From UHGV virus genome UHGV-0208142: DNA of 42,627 bases; one strand, given 5' to 3'. The translations under genes and the position numbers were made by a program. Shown here one piece after another: positions 1 to 9,551 of the stretch; the stretch's first letter is position 1; each line of letters starts with the position of its first letter. Under the pieces are notes generated by a model. The model saw nothing but the letters and a program-made list of their open reading frames with translations, had not been told where the DNA came from and did no database searches. This stretch comes from a virus.

Positions 1-3
1 CTG

Positions 4-2895
4 ATGGCTTCGTGCGCCTTTTATAGGGCGACATGCACAATGGCAGAAGTACCGTTACCAACTCCAACTCAAAACCCAGTGCCAAGTACTGATATCAGAG
101 ATGTTGTATTTGCAGGGGCGAAGCTTGATGAAGAAATAACAAGCTTAGAAGCATATTATGTCGATCGCCTCGGCGGGAGGCATTTAACCAGCGTCGGAAG
201 AGATGGGCTTTTCAGCGATCAGCTTGGAAAGCAAAGGTCTGACTTTATTTATCAGTACAATCAGCAGGCTCAAGAATTTGACTCACAACTGGCCAGTCAG
301 GAATCGCGTTACGAATCTGTTCTTCAGCAGGCCGGGAAAACCGTGCTTGGCCGCTACGAGGATGGCCCCTGGACGCTGACCAGTTATAACCAGCTTGTTT
401 CGTATGGCGGTACGTTCTGGAAGCTCGCAGCCTCAGTTGTTATTGGTGCCGGCTATACAACAGCTGGCACGACTGGCGCAACCTGGGATGCTACTGACAG
501 GGCTAATTTTGTCGATGTTGGTCAGGATCAGTTGCGCACGGAACTGGGCACTATTTTTATGCCAGCCGCATCTGGGGACTCAGCAACTGACACGCAGTTG
601 CTACAGGCTGCGTTAAGTGTGGGCGGTCAGATTAACTACAATAACCCTGGTACGTATTATTACAGTTCTACAAGCACAATTCGCAGCAATACCCGGCTAG
701 TCATTGGCCATGGAGTGACCTGGGAAAAAGATATTAATTCTGTGTGGGGGCCATTCCTCAGGAACGCGGCATACAGTAATTCCAGATATGCAGTAACCAG
801 TATGACGGTTTCAACCAGCTACAGCGACCCGTGGAAAGACAACGTCAGTTCAAGCGGCCTGAAGGCATACCTCAATATTGCCTGCCCAGGGCATAATTTC
901 ATTGCTGGCGATTATGTTGCGTTTTACGGCGCGGTTGAGTTCGGATTCGATGGCATCATGAAAGTTGTCAGTGTAACTGATGACGATAATTTTGTGGTAG
1001 AGGCACACAACCTGCCGAAAGGAACATCCGCCACTTATGACACCTGGGCTAATGGCTTATTTTGCTTTAAAGCTGACGAAAATATCAGCGTAGAAATCTA
1101 TGGCCGTCTCGACGGGAAGTGCACGCAACTGAAAGCCAGTGGCGAGCCGTCTGACACCATGAAACTTTATCTCATGGGGATGATTTTTCATGGCATCATG
1201 AATGGCAGTCTGTACATAAACTCAATTCGGCGCATGAGAAAATATTCAGCGCTGATTGCTAATGTGCGTAATTTCGTCGTGCCGTTTGCGAACATCGATA
1301 ACTATTCAGATGGTCTGCACTTCATGCCCCCGTATGTTGATGTACATATCAAAACGATCGCCGGCGCAGGGGGAGACGACATTTTCGCGCTAACCGGCGG
1401 AGATTTTGCGCATTATGAAATCAGTCGCGGACACGGGTACGACATTACGTGTGACAAACTGAATCCGCAGAACGCATTATGTGCGGTTAAAATCACAGGA
1501 AATGCGCCGTACAGATTCTGGAATATCAATATTGGTGAGATTACCGGACTGACGCAGACTGATGCGATAAAAGCAATCTGGGATACGAACCTGACATACA
1601 CAGCAATCGGGACGCTGAAAATAGGCCTGTTTGATTGTGCTGTTCAGATTGGTTCCGGGCTGAAGCTGACAGCAGATGAAATAGATTCCGTGGTCATTGA
1701 TGAGTATGTCATTTCTCAGAAGTCGACTAATGGGTGGGACATTGCTGTTGGTGATTCATCAAGAAATAAGGTTGCAATAAAATCTCTCATCGTACGCAAC
1801 GTCAGATTAAAAACACCGGATGTTGCTGTTACCCGGTTTCTGCAACTTGGTCGCGCGGCTGAGGTTGGTGATGTCGATATCCATGCCGGCAATCTTGCTA
1901 TTTCCGCGCTCGGCTCTGGATTTATTTACAGTAACGGTTCGACAGAGACCCTCGCGGCAAACAAAACCAGCCGCATCAGGCTCAGCGGTAAAATCTCCGC
2001 GCCGTCCGCAAACTATGTGGTGATGTTCCTCAATGGTCTGAATGATGCGATCGATGTGTCGGGGCTGGATTTTGAGGGTTTCGCAAACCTTATCCGGACC
2101 TCTAAAACCGTCGCCCCCTGGAAAAAGGACCATATTGATATTAATGCGCGCGGTTTGCGCGCATACGATATCAACCGTCTCTTCACGCTATATGCCGGGC
2201 AATGGAAAATTGGTTTCAGCGGCGAAGTGCTTACGCCGGGGGCGTTGAAATTGACACCCATTTTCATGGGTTATAACACCACGTTACATATAGACGGCTA
2301 TGCCCGTGTTGAAGGATCGTCAGAGTTAATGGTAACGCCCGGCGGTAGTTTCACTCTGGTTAACTCACTGGTCATTCCTACTGCAGAATCTATGGTTGCC
2401 GGGGATGTTGCCCCGGTTATTCATTCATACGATAAGAGGAACCTGCTGCCTCTGGCCTTTGCCACAGCTCCGCAAGCAGGTGAGGAACTGACAAATGCAG
2501 TGAGCGGTCAGAAAGAGAACAGGCTGAAATACGGTCATTTTGGCTGGGTTCCTGAATCCGACTGGAGGAACTATCAGGTGGCGGATGATGCAACGGCAGC
2601 AGTCTACCGCCCACTTTTTGACCGTGGCAACGTCTGGCACGTGAACGGGATTACACAGAACATCACTATTGCGCAGTCGTCATCGAACTGGAGTGTACTG
2701 AAACCAGGTGCGCGAGTGGCTGTGATGGTGACTCAGGATTCCGCAGGAGGGCATACAGTAACCTTTGATCCGGCAAACTTCACCTTTGGTTACACTCCCG
2801 CAACGGAAGCCCCTGCAGGCACTACCTCAGTGTACGAATTTGTGTATCAGGGGGGAGGGAAGTTTTACGGCATGATACCGAACATCTGGTATTGA
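4..2895 (+). CDS. Tail fiber/tailspike protein with a conserved N-terminal anchor region and a long beta-helix-like body; a capsule depolymerase is possible. The true start may be the ATG at 40 or upstream of the window.
   Basis: 963-aa ORF whose N-terminus resembles phage tail fiber anchor domains. The body is rich in S/T/G/N/Y repeats typical of tailspikes. It sits where stf lies on the lambda map, just before the b-region and att. Confidence 0.6.
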   Translation: MASCAFYRATCTMAEVPLPTPTQNPVPSTDIRDVVFAGAKLDEEITSLEAYYVDRLGGRHLTSVGRDGLFSDQLGKQRSDFIYQYNQQAQEFDSQLASQESRYESVLQQAGKTVLGRYEDGPWTLTSYNQLVSYGGTFWKLAASVVIGAGYTTAGTTGATWDATDRANFVDVGQDQLRTELGTIFMPAASGDSATDTQLLQAALSVGGQINYNNPGTYYYSSTSTIRSNTRLVIGHGVTWEKDINSVWGPFLRNAAYSNSRYAVTSMTVSTSYSDPWKDNVSSSGLKAYLNIACPGHNFIAGDYVAFYGAVEFGFDGIMKVVSVTDDDNFVVEAHNLPKGTSATYDTWANGLFCFKADENISVEIYGRLDGKCTQLKASGEPSDTMKLYLMGMIFHGIMNGSLYINSIRRMRKYSALIANVRNFVVPFANIDNYSDGLHFMPPYVDVHIKTIAGAGGDDIFALTGGDFAHYEISRGHGYDITCDKLNPQNALCAVKITGNAPYRFWNINIGEITGLTQTDAIKAIWDTNLTYTAIGTLKIGLFDCAVQIGSGLKLTADEIDSVVIDEYVISQKSTNGWDIAVGDSSRNKVAIKSLIVRNVRLKTPDVAVTRFLQLGRAAEVGDVDIHAGNLAISALGSGFIYSNGSTETLAANKTSRIRLSGKISAPSANYVVMFLNGLNDAIDVSGLDFEGFANLIRTSKTVAPWKKDHIDINARGLRAYDINRLFTLYAGQWKIGFSGEVLTPGALKLTPIFMGYNTTLHIDGYARVEGSSELMVTPGGSFTLVNSLVIPTAESMVAGDVAPVIHSYDKRNLLPLAFATAPQAGEELTNAVSGQKENRLKYGHFGWVPESDWRNYQVADDATAAVYRPLFDRGNVWHVNGITQNITIAQSSSNWSVLKPGARVAVMVTQDSAGGHTVTFDPANFTFGYTPATEAPAGTTSVYEFVYQGGGKFYGMIPNIWY

Positions 2896-3007
2896 TGGTG
2901 AGGCGGGGTGGACATCACCACCTCCTGTATGCTGATGAACGGCTCAAAATCAAGCGGGAAGCATAAATCTCGCCTGATTTTGAATTGTATTTAATATGAC
3001 CGCAGAT

Positions 3008-3760
3008 TTATGGACGGACAGAGCAATGAGCAACAAAAGTACTGATAATGCCATTAGTCAAATCAATGAGCTCTTCCAGCGCTTTGAGAACGGGCTCTCC
3101 GCTAAGCGGTTGCCCATCAGCGAACGTTATATCAACGATCGCATTGAGTTGCTGGCCGAGCTTAAAATTTTCTGCGGCGGGAGCACTTATAATGCACTGG
3201 CCGTCATGAACAGGGCTGATGCGCATTTTCCCAATAGAAAGAGAACCGATTACCTGACTTCCCGTCATTTTGAAGTTGTTCAAACCGACATACGTTGCCA
3301 CAGGAATAAGCGCGAGGTGCTTATCAGCTATATCAAGGTCATGGATGGCTCGGAGATATTTATTCCCTCCAGTGTAAGGTTTCATTGTCCGTATAATGGA
3401 AACGATATCCTGCCCAGCCCTTCCTATCTTTCTCTTAACAATAGCTGCCTCAAGTTCATCGGGCCCGGAAGCGAACGGGAAATAGACGCCATTGGTACTA
3501 CCTCCCACTCGCCTGACAAGGTCGCACGCCAGCAAATCAAGGGCGGCCCGCAGGTTATGAATGACGTCTCCGATGTAGCAGGATATGTCTTCGGGGATTT
3601 CTTCTTTGACCCGGATAACGTAGTTGTACTGAAACGCATTCCCCTCAACGACTACTTTGAATGGATTTTTCCGTGTAAAAGAGACGATCTCATTATTGAG
3701 GTCACGGATGTGGCGTTTCGCTCTCTCGATTTTTAATTTTGGTGCGGCAAAAATCTCCAT
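3008..3760 (-). CDS. Hypothetical 250-aa moron protein. The coding strand is ambiguous: a fully overlapping antisense ORF exists at 2996..3736 (+).
   Basis: RBS GGGTGAT lies 3-9 nt upstream of the ATG at 3760. In a 60-codon sample the codon position-1 profile (G35/A27/C25/T13) and position-2 profile (C>G) fit sense better on the minus strand. The peptide looks globular and cytoplasmic. Confidence 0.45.
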   Translation of the reverse strand: MEIFAAPKLKIERAKRHIRDLNNEIVSFTRKNPFKVVVEGNAFQYNYVIRVKEEIPEDISCYIGDVIHNLRAALDLLACDLVRRVGGSTNGVYFPFASGPDELEAAIVKRKIGRAGQDIVSIIRTMKPYTGGNKYLRAIHDLDIADKHLALIPVATYVGLNNFKMTGSQVIGSLSIGKMRISPVHDGQCIISAPAAENFKLGQQLNAIVDITFADGQPLSGEPVLKALEELIDLTNGIISTFVAHCSVRP

Positions 3761-3988
3761 ATATCACCCACTAGAATTGCCCCATTGGCTGGATCAGCCT
3801 GGAACAGTCGTAGCTTCCCGTCAATCCCCCAAGAACTGAGATGATGGATTGTGATAAATATACTGATACGCAATGATGAAGCTATCAGAGTCTTGCGCCT
3901 GTTCTGAAAATTGATAGCCGCAGCCACTTTGATCTGCCTCCTGAATAAAATTACTGTATGCATGACCAGTATTTCAGGAGGGCAGATC

Positions 3989-4228
3989 ATGCTTCGACAG
4001 TCGGATATCGCCGCGGCTTTCCGCGAGTCCATTTTGCGCAGTTCCAAGGGGTTCCAGTACCTTCACACCCGCGACTTCGTTACTGCGCTGCGCCGGCGCG
4101 GCATCCACTTATCCGAGGTGGAGGCGAACTCCTGGATCGCACGCGAGCAGACGTATTTCGTCGATAAGACGCCGGACCATAGCGAAAACAGGCTGTGGAT
4201 GATGGCCAACATGGGGAGGGTTCTGTAA
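3989..4228 (+). CDS. Small 79-aa hypothetical protein, translationally coupled to the downstream UmuD'-like gene.
   Basis: ATG at 3989 follows a near-perfect RBS CAGGAGGG. Its stop overlaps the next start as TAATG. The six-frame ORF 3911..4228 is trimmed to this RBS-supported start. Confidence 0.5.
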   Translation: MLRQSDIAAAFRESILRSSKGFQYLHTRDFVTALRRRGIHLSEVEANSWIAREQTYFVDKTPDHSENRLWMMANMGRVL

Positions 4229-4545
4229 TGGGCTTTCCTTCACCCGCGACGGATTACGTCGAGCAGCGACTGTCCGTTAACTCGATCTGCAATGTCGGGC
4301 CTAACACTCGTGTTTTCGAAAGGGATGGCGGTTATGTTGTGCTGGATATCTCCCTGAAGCCAAAGCAAGGTAGTCAGGTTCTGATCCAGCACGGCGGTGG
4401 GACGGAACTTGCCACGCTGAGAGGAAAGTCGCTGATAACCGAAGATGGCGAAGCAATTGAAGGTGAGGCCTTGGATGATGTCACTGTCGCCGGCGTCGTG
4501 ACGTTTACTATCTGCGATGTGCGCCAGGACAATGCGGTTGTTTAG
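4228..4545 (+). CDS. UmuD'-like (peptidase S24 fold) protein. It begins at the position equivalent to the UmuD cleavage site and appears to lack the Ser nucleophile segment.
   Basis: After Met the N-terminus GFPSPATDYVEQR matches UmuD'/MucA' GFPSPAADYVEQR. The C-terminal DDVTVAGVV resembles UmuD LDVFGVV. By manual alignment the ASGDSMI block is deleted. RBS GGGGAGGG precedes the ATG at 4228. Confidence 0.55.
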   Translation: MGFPSPATDYVEQRLSVNSICNVGPNTRVFERDGGYVVLDISLKPKQGSQVLIQHGGGTELATLRGKSLITEDGEAIEGEALDDVTVAGVVTFTICDVRQDNAVV

Positions 4546-4574
4546 TTTCAGTAATTTGGTGGAAGATTTCGCGT

Positions 4575-4593
4575 GGCAGGCGTCTTGGGGCAT
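4575..4593. repeat. Copy 1 of the 19-bp direct repeat TTGGGGCATGGGTGGGGCA; candidate att core.
   Basis: Exact 19-bp match to 4792-4810 with no flanking similarity. It lies 30 bp downstream of the UmuD'-like gene. Confidence 0.5.
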
Positions 4594-4776
4594 GGGTGGG
4601 GCATGAGAAATCAGTGAATTTCGCCAAACATTGCAAACAACTTATGTTGGATGCTATCTCCAGCCATTAAAAATGGCGCTCCTGGACGATATTTGTCGAT
4701 TTTTAAATTTCCAGCGTCACCGTGGTGATATGACGAGAGTGATTAATTACCTTGTTGATATATAAGCTTATTGTTC

Positions 4777-6039
4777 TCAAATAACTATGCATTGGGGCAT
4801 GGGTGGGGCAAAGTCCGATAATTTCTGGTTCAACAAAGCAATCTGATCGCTGTTACTGTCGGCCATCCAGGCGCCGTAGACATTGAAAACCATTTGGGCG
4901 CTTGTGTGCCCCATCTGGCTCGCAATGAAGCTGGGGTTGGCCCCGGCTGACAGTGACCAGCAGGCATAAGTGTGTCTGGACTGATATGCTTTGCGATGCC
5001 TTAAACCAGCTCGTTTCAGCGCCGCCTCCCATGAGTCACCAATTGAATCAACCTTGTAATGATAACCAACGTTACTGCTTTTTCTGACCAGCTGAGGATT
5101 GAACACAAATGTACAGTCATGAATAGCCGTTCGGCCATACTCCCGTAGTTGTACCTCAATCTGATACTGCTTTCCCAGTCTGGTCATTTCCGCCTGGTTC
5201 CTCAAAGCGTCAATGGCTGGTTTGATCAGATGCACGACCCTGTCGGTGCCGGCTTCGGTTTTTGGTGGAGTGAAATCACCGAGTTTCGTATAATTTCGGC
5301 GTATGGTCATCGTTCCAGCTTTCAGATCTATGTCTTCCCATGCAAGGGAGACCAACTCACCGTGGCGTAATCCTGTGTAAACCGCAACGGACCACAGGTT
5401 TTTCGTTTGCTGATGCGGGCAGGCATCTATGAAACGAATAAATTCGTCACGAGTGAGTGGATCAGGTTCTATCCTGGCCCTTTTAAGCGGCCTGATTCCG
5501 TTAAATGGGTTTTCCCGGATATAACCATTATCAGCGGCAAACTGAAACATGCCCGCCATGGTGGTCATGTAATAGTTTGCTGTCGCCACACTCAAACCGT
5601 TCTTCACCGATCCCGCCGACAACATATCTTTCCTGACATACAACAGATCTTCCCTGTTCACGGATGAAGCAAGCTTGTTTCCACCAATCCTCAGCAGCAT
5701 ATTCCTTACAACCGATTCATATCGGTCCAGAGCATTAGCGCAGATCTCCAGCCGTTTCAGCTCCAGCCATTTTTCAGACAGAAATTTCACGGTGATATCT
5801 TTCTTGCAGATGCCGAAAGTTTTCAGGTTTGGCGAATTGGGGAATTGCGCCGCATAGTCAAAGGTCCCCATGCGGATAGCGAAACAAACTGACGTTCGCA
5901 GTTCCCCGGCCACCTTCCTGTTTTTAGCGGTGTCAGGGACACCGAGATTTTCCCTGACACGCTTACCTTTAAAAATGAACCATATGCGGAGTGATTTTCC
6001 GTGGTTCTCAACGCCCGTTGGGTATGATTCTTTACTCAT
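4777..6039 (-). CDS. int: Tyrosine integrase, phage integrase family with an N-terminal arm-binding domain.
   Basis: 420 aa. The C-terminal catalytic region carries R..HxxR..Y, seen as RHTYACWSL...GHTSAQMVFNVYGAW. The N-terminal IWFIFKGKRVRENLGV resembles an arm-type DNA-binding domain. An excisionase gene lies adjacent. Confidence 0.9.
   Translation of the reverse strand: MSKESYPTGVENHGKSLRIWFIFKGKRVRENLGVPDTAKNRKVAGELRTSVCFAIRMGTFDYAAQFPNSPNLKTFGICKKDITVKFLSEKWLELKRLEICANALDRYESVVRNMLLRIGGNKLASSVNREDLLYVRKDMLSAGSVKNGLSVATANYYMTTMAGMFQFAADNGYIRENPFNGIRPLKRARIEPDPLTRDEFIRFIDACPHQQTKNLWSVAVYTGLRHGELVSLAWEDIDLKAGTMTIRRNYTKLGDFTPPKTEAGTDRVVHLIKPAIDALRNQAEMTRLGKQYQIEVQLREYGRTAIHDCTFVFNPQLVRKSSNVGYHYKVDSIGDSWEAALKRAGLRHRKAYQSRHTYACWSLSAGANPSFIASQMGHTSAQMVFNVYGAWMADSNSDQIALLNQKLSDFAPPMPQCIVI
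4792..4810. repeat. Copy 2 of the 19-bp direct repeat, inside the 3' end of int, where it encodes ...FAPPMPQCIVI; candidate att core.
   Basis: Exact repeat. Phage att cores commonly overlap the int 3' end. Confidence 0.5.
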
Positions 6040-6081
6040 TTATCCCTCCCGACGTCCAGGAGCGTTGCAAGTTTACCTGTT

Positions 6082-6327
6082 TCATACCGCCCGATCACCC
6101 AATGGTTGCTTTTGCGCCTGAATCCATGCGTCCACCGCTTTGCGGTTGTACATGCATTCACTGGTTGGCTTTGGCTCTCCTTCAGGGGAAACGTGCTTAT
6201 ACTCCCGGCCAAGCAGCCAGGATGATTTACGGGCCCGTGTAATAGTGCCGCGCTTCATCCCGGTGACCGCCATCAGCAAGTCCTCTGAAACCCATTCGTT
6301 TGGCTCGATCTGGATAATTGTCTGCAT
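6082..6327 (-). CDS. xis: Excisionase / AlpA-like DNA-binding protein.
   Basis: 81 aa with a winged-helix-like PNEWVSEDLLMAVTGMKRGTITRARK. RBS GGAGGTGA. It lies immediately upstream of int. Confidence 0.75.
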   Translation of the reverse strand: MQTIIQIEPNEWVSEDLLMAVTGMKRGTITRARKSSWLLGREYKHVSPEGEPKPTSECMYNRKAVDAWIQAQKQPLGDRAV

Positions 6328-6432
6328 TTATCACCTCCGATGCTTACCGCGCAATTCCTCTTCTTCTTGGCAATCAGCGCAGCGCTGACAACCCGCCACC
6401 AGTTCCCGGCGCCGCTCGGGTATCTCTTCCCC

Positions 6433-6546
6433 TCAGTCGCGGCAGTGAGTAGCCGAGACTGCCGCATGGTTGATGCGCATGTTCTGGATGGTCATTTCAA
6501 GCCGGCGCTCTGCCAGCTCGTTGGCCTGATCGATGATTTCTGGCAT
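6433..6546 (-). CDS. Small 37-aa ORF (MPEIIDQANELAERRLEMTIQNMRINHAAVSATHCRD).
   Basis: Strong RBS AAAGGAG 8 nt upstream. It starts 1 nt after the stop of the 72-aa ORF. It is too short for the six-frame track. Confidence 0.35.
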   Translation of the reverse strand: MPEIIDQANELAERRLEMTIQNMRINHAAVSATHCRD

Positions 6547-6547
6547 G

Positions 6548-6766
6548 TCAGCGCTCCTTTATCTTTCCGTTCAAAATGCCGATCTCCACATAGAGATGGC
6601 TTGGCGTTAACCCAAGCTGCTTTATCAGCGGCATGCATCCGTTGAGGATTGGTCGTGATATCTCGTCGCAACTTAAAGCGGGAGATGACCGCCGTTGTGC
6701 CTTAACCTCATCGTTGGCCCTGCGTGCGATGCTTCTGAGCGCATTTTTCTTTTCTTCTGGCGTCAT
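6548..6766 (-). CDS. Hypothetical 72-aa early protein.
   Basis: Its ATG overlaps the Dam stop (ATGA coupling) inside the early-left operon. Confidence 0.5.
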   Translation of the reverse strand: MTPEEKKNALRSIARRANDEVKAQRRSSPALSCDEISRPILNGCMPLIKQLGLTPSHLYVEIGILNGKIKER

Positions 6767-7290
6767 GCTGCCTCCAGATTCCCGATCCGCTTTAACTCAG
6801 CCAGCGATACGGTCGTGATGATGTGTCGCGGGGTGATGTACGGACGCCAGATAAACAGAAGCGAGCCTTTGGGGTTGCTCTGGCGCTTTCCTGTAACGGA
6901 TGCAGGAACAAACTGAACACGGCCACCCGTTATCAGCCTGAGTTCATCAGCTGATTGCATGGCTGAAATAAACCAGCCGGTAGAAATGTCAGCCGGTAGC
7001 AACATCACTACGGCCTGAGACTGCGCCCGGGATTGCTCGGCTGCCTTTTCCACCCACGGCCCAATATCGGAATAGGGTGGGTTGCACCAGATCGAGCCGC
7101 ATGACGTCCATTCGCTGTTCAGCGAGTCATCCAGCTCAGTGAGATAGTTAGCGCATAGCGCATTACTCTCAGAGGCTGCAGCATCCAGCCAGAAGCCAAA
7201 CTCGCGGTCGAGCGCGTTGAAAATTTCAATCGGTGTTTGCCAGTAGTCACGTTCATTTTTTGGAGTTTTCGATCCGCCGAAATCAGTCAT
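6763..7290 (-). CDS. Phage DNA N6-adenine methyltransferase (Dam-like, phage N6A MTase family).
   Basis: DYWQTPIEIFNALDREFGFWLDAAAS is followed by the CNPPYSD catalytic motif. The protein is 175 aa. Confidence 0.85.
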   Translation of the reverse strand: MTDFGGSKTPKNERDYWQTPIEIFNALDREFGFWLDAAASESNALCANYLTELDDSLNSEWTSCGSIWCNPPYSDIGPWVEKAAEQSRAQSQAVVMLLPADISTGWFISAMQSADELRLITGGRVQFVPASVTGKRQSNPKGSLLFIWRPYITPRHIITTVSLAELKRIGNLEAA

Positions 7291-7445
7291 TGCGCACCTC
7301 TTTTCGTGTCCAGCTCTTCAGCCATCCTCTGAGCCTTTAAAGGGTTTCTTACCACTTCACCAGATGGCATTAGCCAGCCACGATGAAGGACGGAGTACAT
7401 GCACTTCACTTTCCCTACGGTTATGGCGTCGCGGTAATGTTTCAT
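7287..7445 (-). CDS. Small 52-aa ORF coupled between exo and Dam.
   Basis: ATGA overlap with the exo stop at 7442-7446 and with the Dam start at 7287-7290. Reconstructed by hand from the reverse complement. Confidence 0.35.
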   Translation of the reverse strand: MKHYRDAITVGKVKCMYSVLHRGWLMPSGEVVRNPLKAQRMAEELDTKRGAQ

Positions 7446-8122
7446 TTCCACTGCTCCCCGAAGGTGAAACCGATCTCCGACAGCGATTCGTCCATCTTGC
7501 TGATGAACTCGGGCACCATTTCGTTGAAGTCGGACATGTATTTGTCGTCTCGCTCAACGACCACGTGGTGAATGCCTTCCCGCTTCATGCGAGGGTCATA
7601 ATTCGCGAAATACCAGGCATCCTTCCCGGTTACCCACATGCTGAATTGCACCTGGGCCATATAGGCGGATTTGATAGCCTCGAAGCCGCCAAGCCGGAAC
7701 TTCATGAAGTCCCGAGAGGTAAAAGGGCACTTAAGCTCAAGGCCGCGGCCATCACTACACAGGCCATCAGGAGAGCAGGCAGTGCGCATACCTTTGTCAC
7801 GGAAAAGGATCGGCGACTCGGTTACCTTCACGTCGGTGGTGAACTCAAACAGGGTGCGAGCGTCGGCCTCATACTGTTTCCCCCAGGCCAGCGCCTTGGC
7901 GTTAACTTCCGGCGCCACGCCGGTGCACACTTCGGCAAGGAGCGTAAGGAAGTAGGACATCTTCATATCAGTCCATTTCTTACCTGACTTGGGCTTAGAA
8001 ATGACGTTGTGAACTTCCGAGGCAGTGATCACTCCGAGGCGTAAGCGGTGCCAGGATTCATCTCCCTGTTCAACGCGGGTAACGTCAATGCCAGTGCGTG
8101 AAAGGATAATTTCTGGTGTCAT
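7442..8122 (-). CDS. exo: YqaJ/lambda-Exo-type PD-(D/E)XK alkaline exonuclease.
   Basis: 226 aa. Carries [13 protein letters not shown] and ELKCP motifs. It is paired with the RecT gene upstream (ATGA overlap). Confidence 0.8.
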   Translation of the reverse strand: MTPEIILSRTGIDVTRVEQGDESWHRLRLGVITASEVHNVISKPKSGKKWTDMKMSYFLTLLAEVCTGVAPEVNAKALAWGKQYEADARTLFEFTTDVKVTESPILFRDKGMRTACSPDGLCSDGRGLELKCPFTSRDFMKFRLGGFEAIKSAYMAQVQFSMWVTGKDAWYFANYDPRMKREGIHHVVVERDDKYMSDFNEMVPEFISKMDESLSEIGFTFGEQWK

Positions 8123-8964
8123 GCTGCCACCTGCGCTTTTTTCTGGAGGAAGCTAAAGCCTTTCTGCGCTTCTTCTTCGGTGAGCTGTGATGCCTGGAAA
8201 ATGTCACGCTTGAAGATGTTGCTGCACAGAGGCAGGAAGTCCTTCTCCCAGTCCTTATTCAGGGACGTCAGGAGGTCGGTAATTGCCTGCAGCGTTTCCT
8301 CACTGGCCACCAGGGGGAGCGCCTCTGTCGTGCTGCGCGGCGTCACGTCACGCGCATCCACTTCCAGCGTTTTACCTTCCATCTCTTCTGCAGTGGGCTG
8401 CTGGCCAATTTCAGGCCACGCCTTACGCAGAGCCTGAGCCTCTGCACACTTCGCCAGCTGGCCATAAGGGCGCTTTTTCCACATAGCATTTGGCGCGGTA
8501 GTGTCGCGGCCGGCGGTGGCGTAGTTTTCAACCCAGTATTCTTTCGCACTGAATTCGACGATCTCCCCGCTCGGCATGCGCTTGCTGACCGTGTACTTGC
8601 ACCATTGAGGGACTGTCACCTCAACACCGGTAAGCGTCAGAGTGACGTCCGGGCCGAACTCTGGTTCTTTAGCGCCAGCGTAATCACCGGAGCGATCGGC
8701 CTGAATCCGATAAAGCCCGATGCCAGGCATAACTACATCGCGCCACTCGCTTTTCCCCGACTTCGAGTCCTTAACGCTCATTGGCACCAGATGAACGGGC
8801 TTCAGAAGCGGATCGAGATTTCTGGCCCGGCAGTAGTCCAGCGCCATCATCACCGACTCATCCTTGGCACCAGGGTAAATACTGTTTTTGAGGGCGCTCC
8901 AGGTAGCGCCGTCAATGCCTCGCTCAGCAAGAGAGCTGGCTGTAATCACAAGTTCGTTAGCCAT
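8119..8964 (-). CDS. recT: RecT/Bet-family single-strand annealing protein.
   Basis: 281 aa. The exo-recT pairing is a typical lambdoid recombination module. Confidence 0.8.
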   Translation of the reverse strand: MANELVITASSLAERGIDGATWSALKNSIYPGAKDESVMMALDYCRARNLDPLLKPVHLVPMSVKDSKSGKSEWRDVVMPGIGLYRIQADRSGDYAGAKEPEFGPDVTLTLTGVEVTVPQWCKYTVSKRMPSGEIVEFSAKEYWVENYATAGRDTTAPNAMWKKRPYGQLAKCAEAQALRKAWPEIGQQPTAEEMEGKTLEVDARDVTPRSTTEALPLVASEETLQAITDLLTSLNKDWEKDFLPLCSNIFKRDIFQASQLTEEEAQKGFSFLQKKAQVAA

Positions 8965-8979
8965 TGCTATTCCCCAAAG

Positions 8980-9264
8980 TTAAAACGGGCAGCCGGTGCG
9001 GTGATCCCAGTCGTATTCCGCCTGGGCGTAAGCTACTGCCGAAATAAGATCGTTATATGCCTCGCCAGCTGCATCGCTGCGGAGGCCTTCGTATGGGCTT
9101 TTGTCCATCGGCACAGAGAAGCGGAACAGGCCTGACGGCTCTTTTGGCAGGGTGTCGATAATTTCCTGCGCCCGATCGTCAATCCACTTTTGCTTCTCTT
9201 CGGTGAGCGTTTGCTCGGCCCACTTACGCTCTTCGATCACGTCGTATGCGCGGTATGCGTTCAT
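8980..9264 (-). CDS. Hypothetical 94-aa early protein.
   Basis: AGGAG RBS upstream of the ATG at 9264. Lies in the early-left operon. Confidence 0.5.
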   Translation of the reverse strand: MNAYRAYDVIEERKWAEQTLTEEKQKWIDDRAQEIIDTLPKEPSGLFRFSVPMDKSPYEGLRSDAAGEAYNDLISAVAYAQAEYDWDHRTGCPF

Positions 9265-9344
9265 AGCTCGCTCCTGAAATTTGGTTGTGAAACGCCCGGC
9301 ACCGTAATGGCTGCCTGATAGCTCAGTTAAATTCTTCGTTTCGA

Positions 9345-9551
9345 TTACCGGCTGAGACCTTGTCCCAACCCGTTCAGATAAACTTCAACCAGCAAGTCGG
9401 TTGTGTAAGTCCGCTCAATCCCGCGATGCAGGTACAGGCGGCCGCGTTTATTTGCTGATGCTGTCCAGGTGCTTTCCCGATGCTTAACGAGCATCCCTGG
9501 CAGAACGGCGCCGCGGTTAACGGTCTGTGTCCCGTAATGATGACTAACCAT
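9345..9551 (-). CDS. Hypothetical 68-aa protein.
   Basis: ORF in the early-left operon. Its start overlaps the end of the upstream 36-aa peptide gene. Confidence 0.35.
   Translation of the reverse strand: MVSHHYGTQTVNRGAVLPGMLVKHRESTWTASANKRGRLYLHRGIERTYTTDLLVEVYLNGLGQGLSR

Noticed and set aside
7364-7987. 207-aa + strand ORF
   Set aside because: It is entirely antisense to the well-supported YqaJ exonuclease gene and has no RBS.
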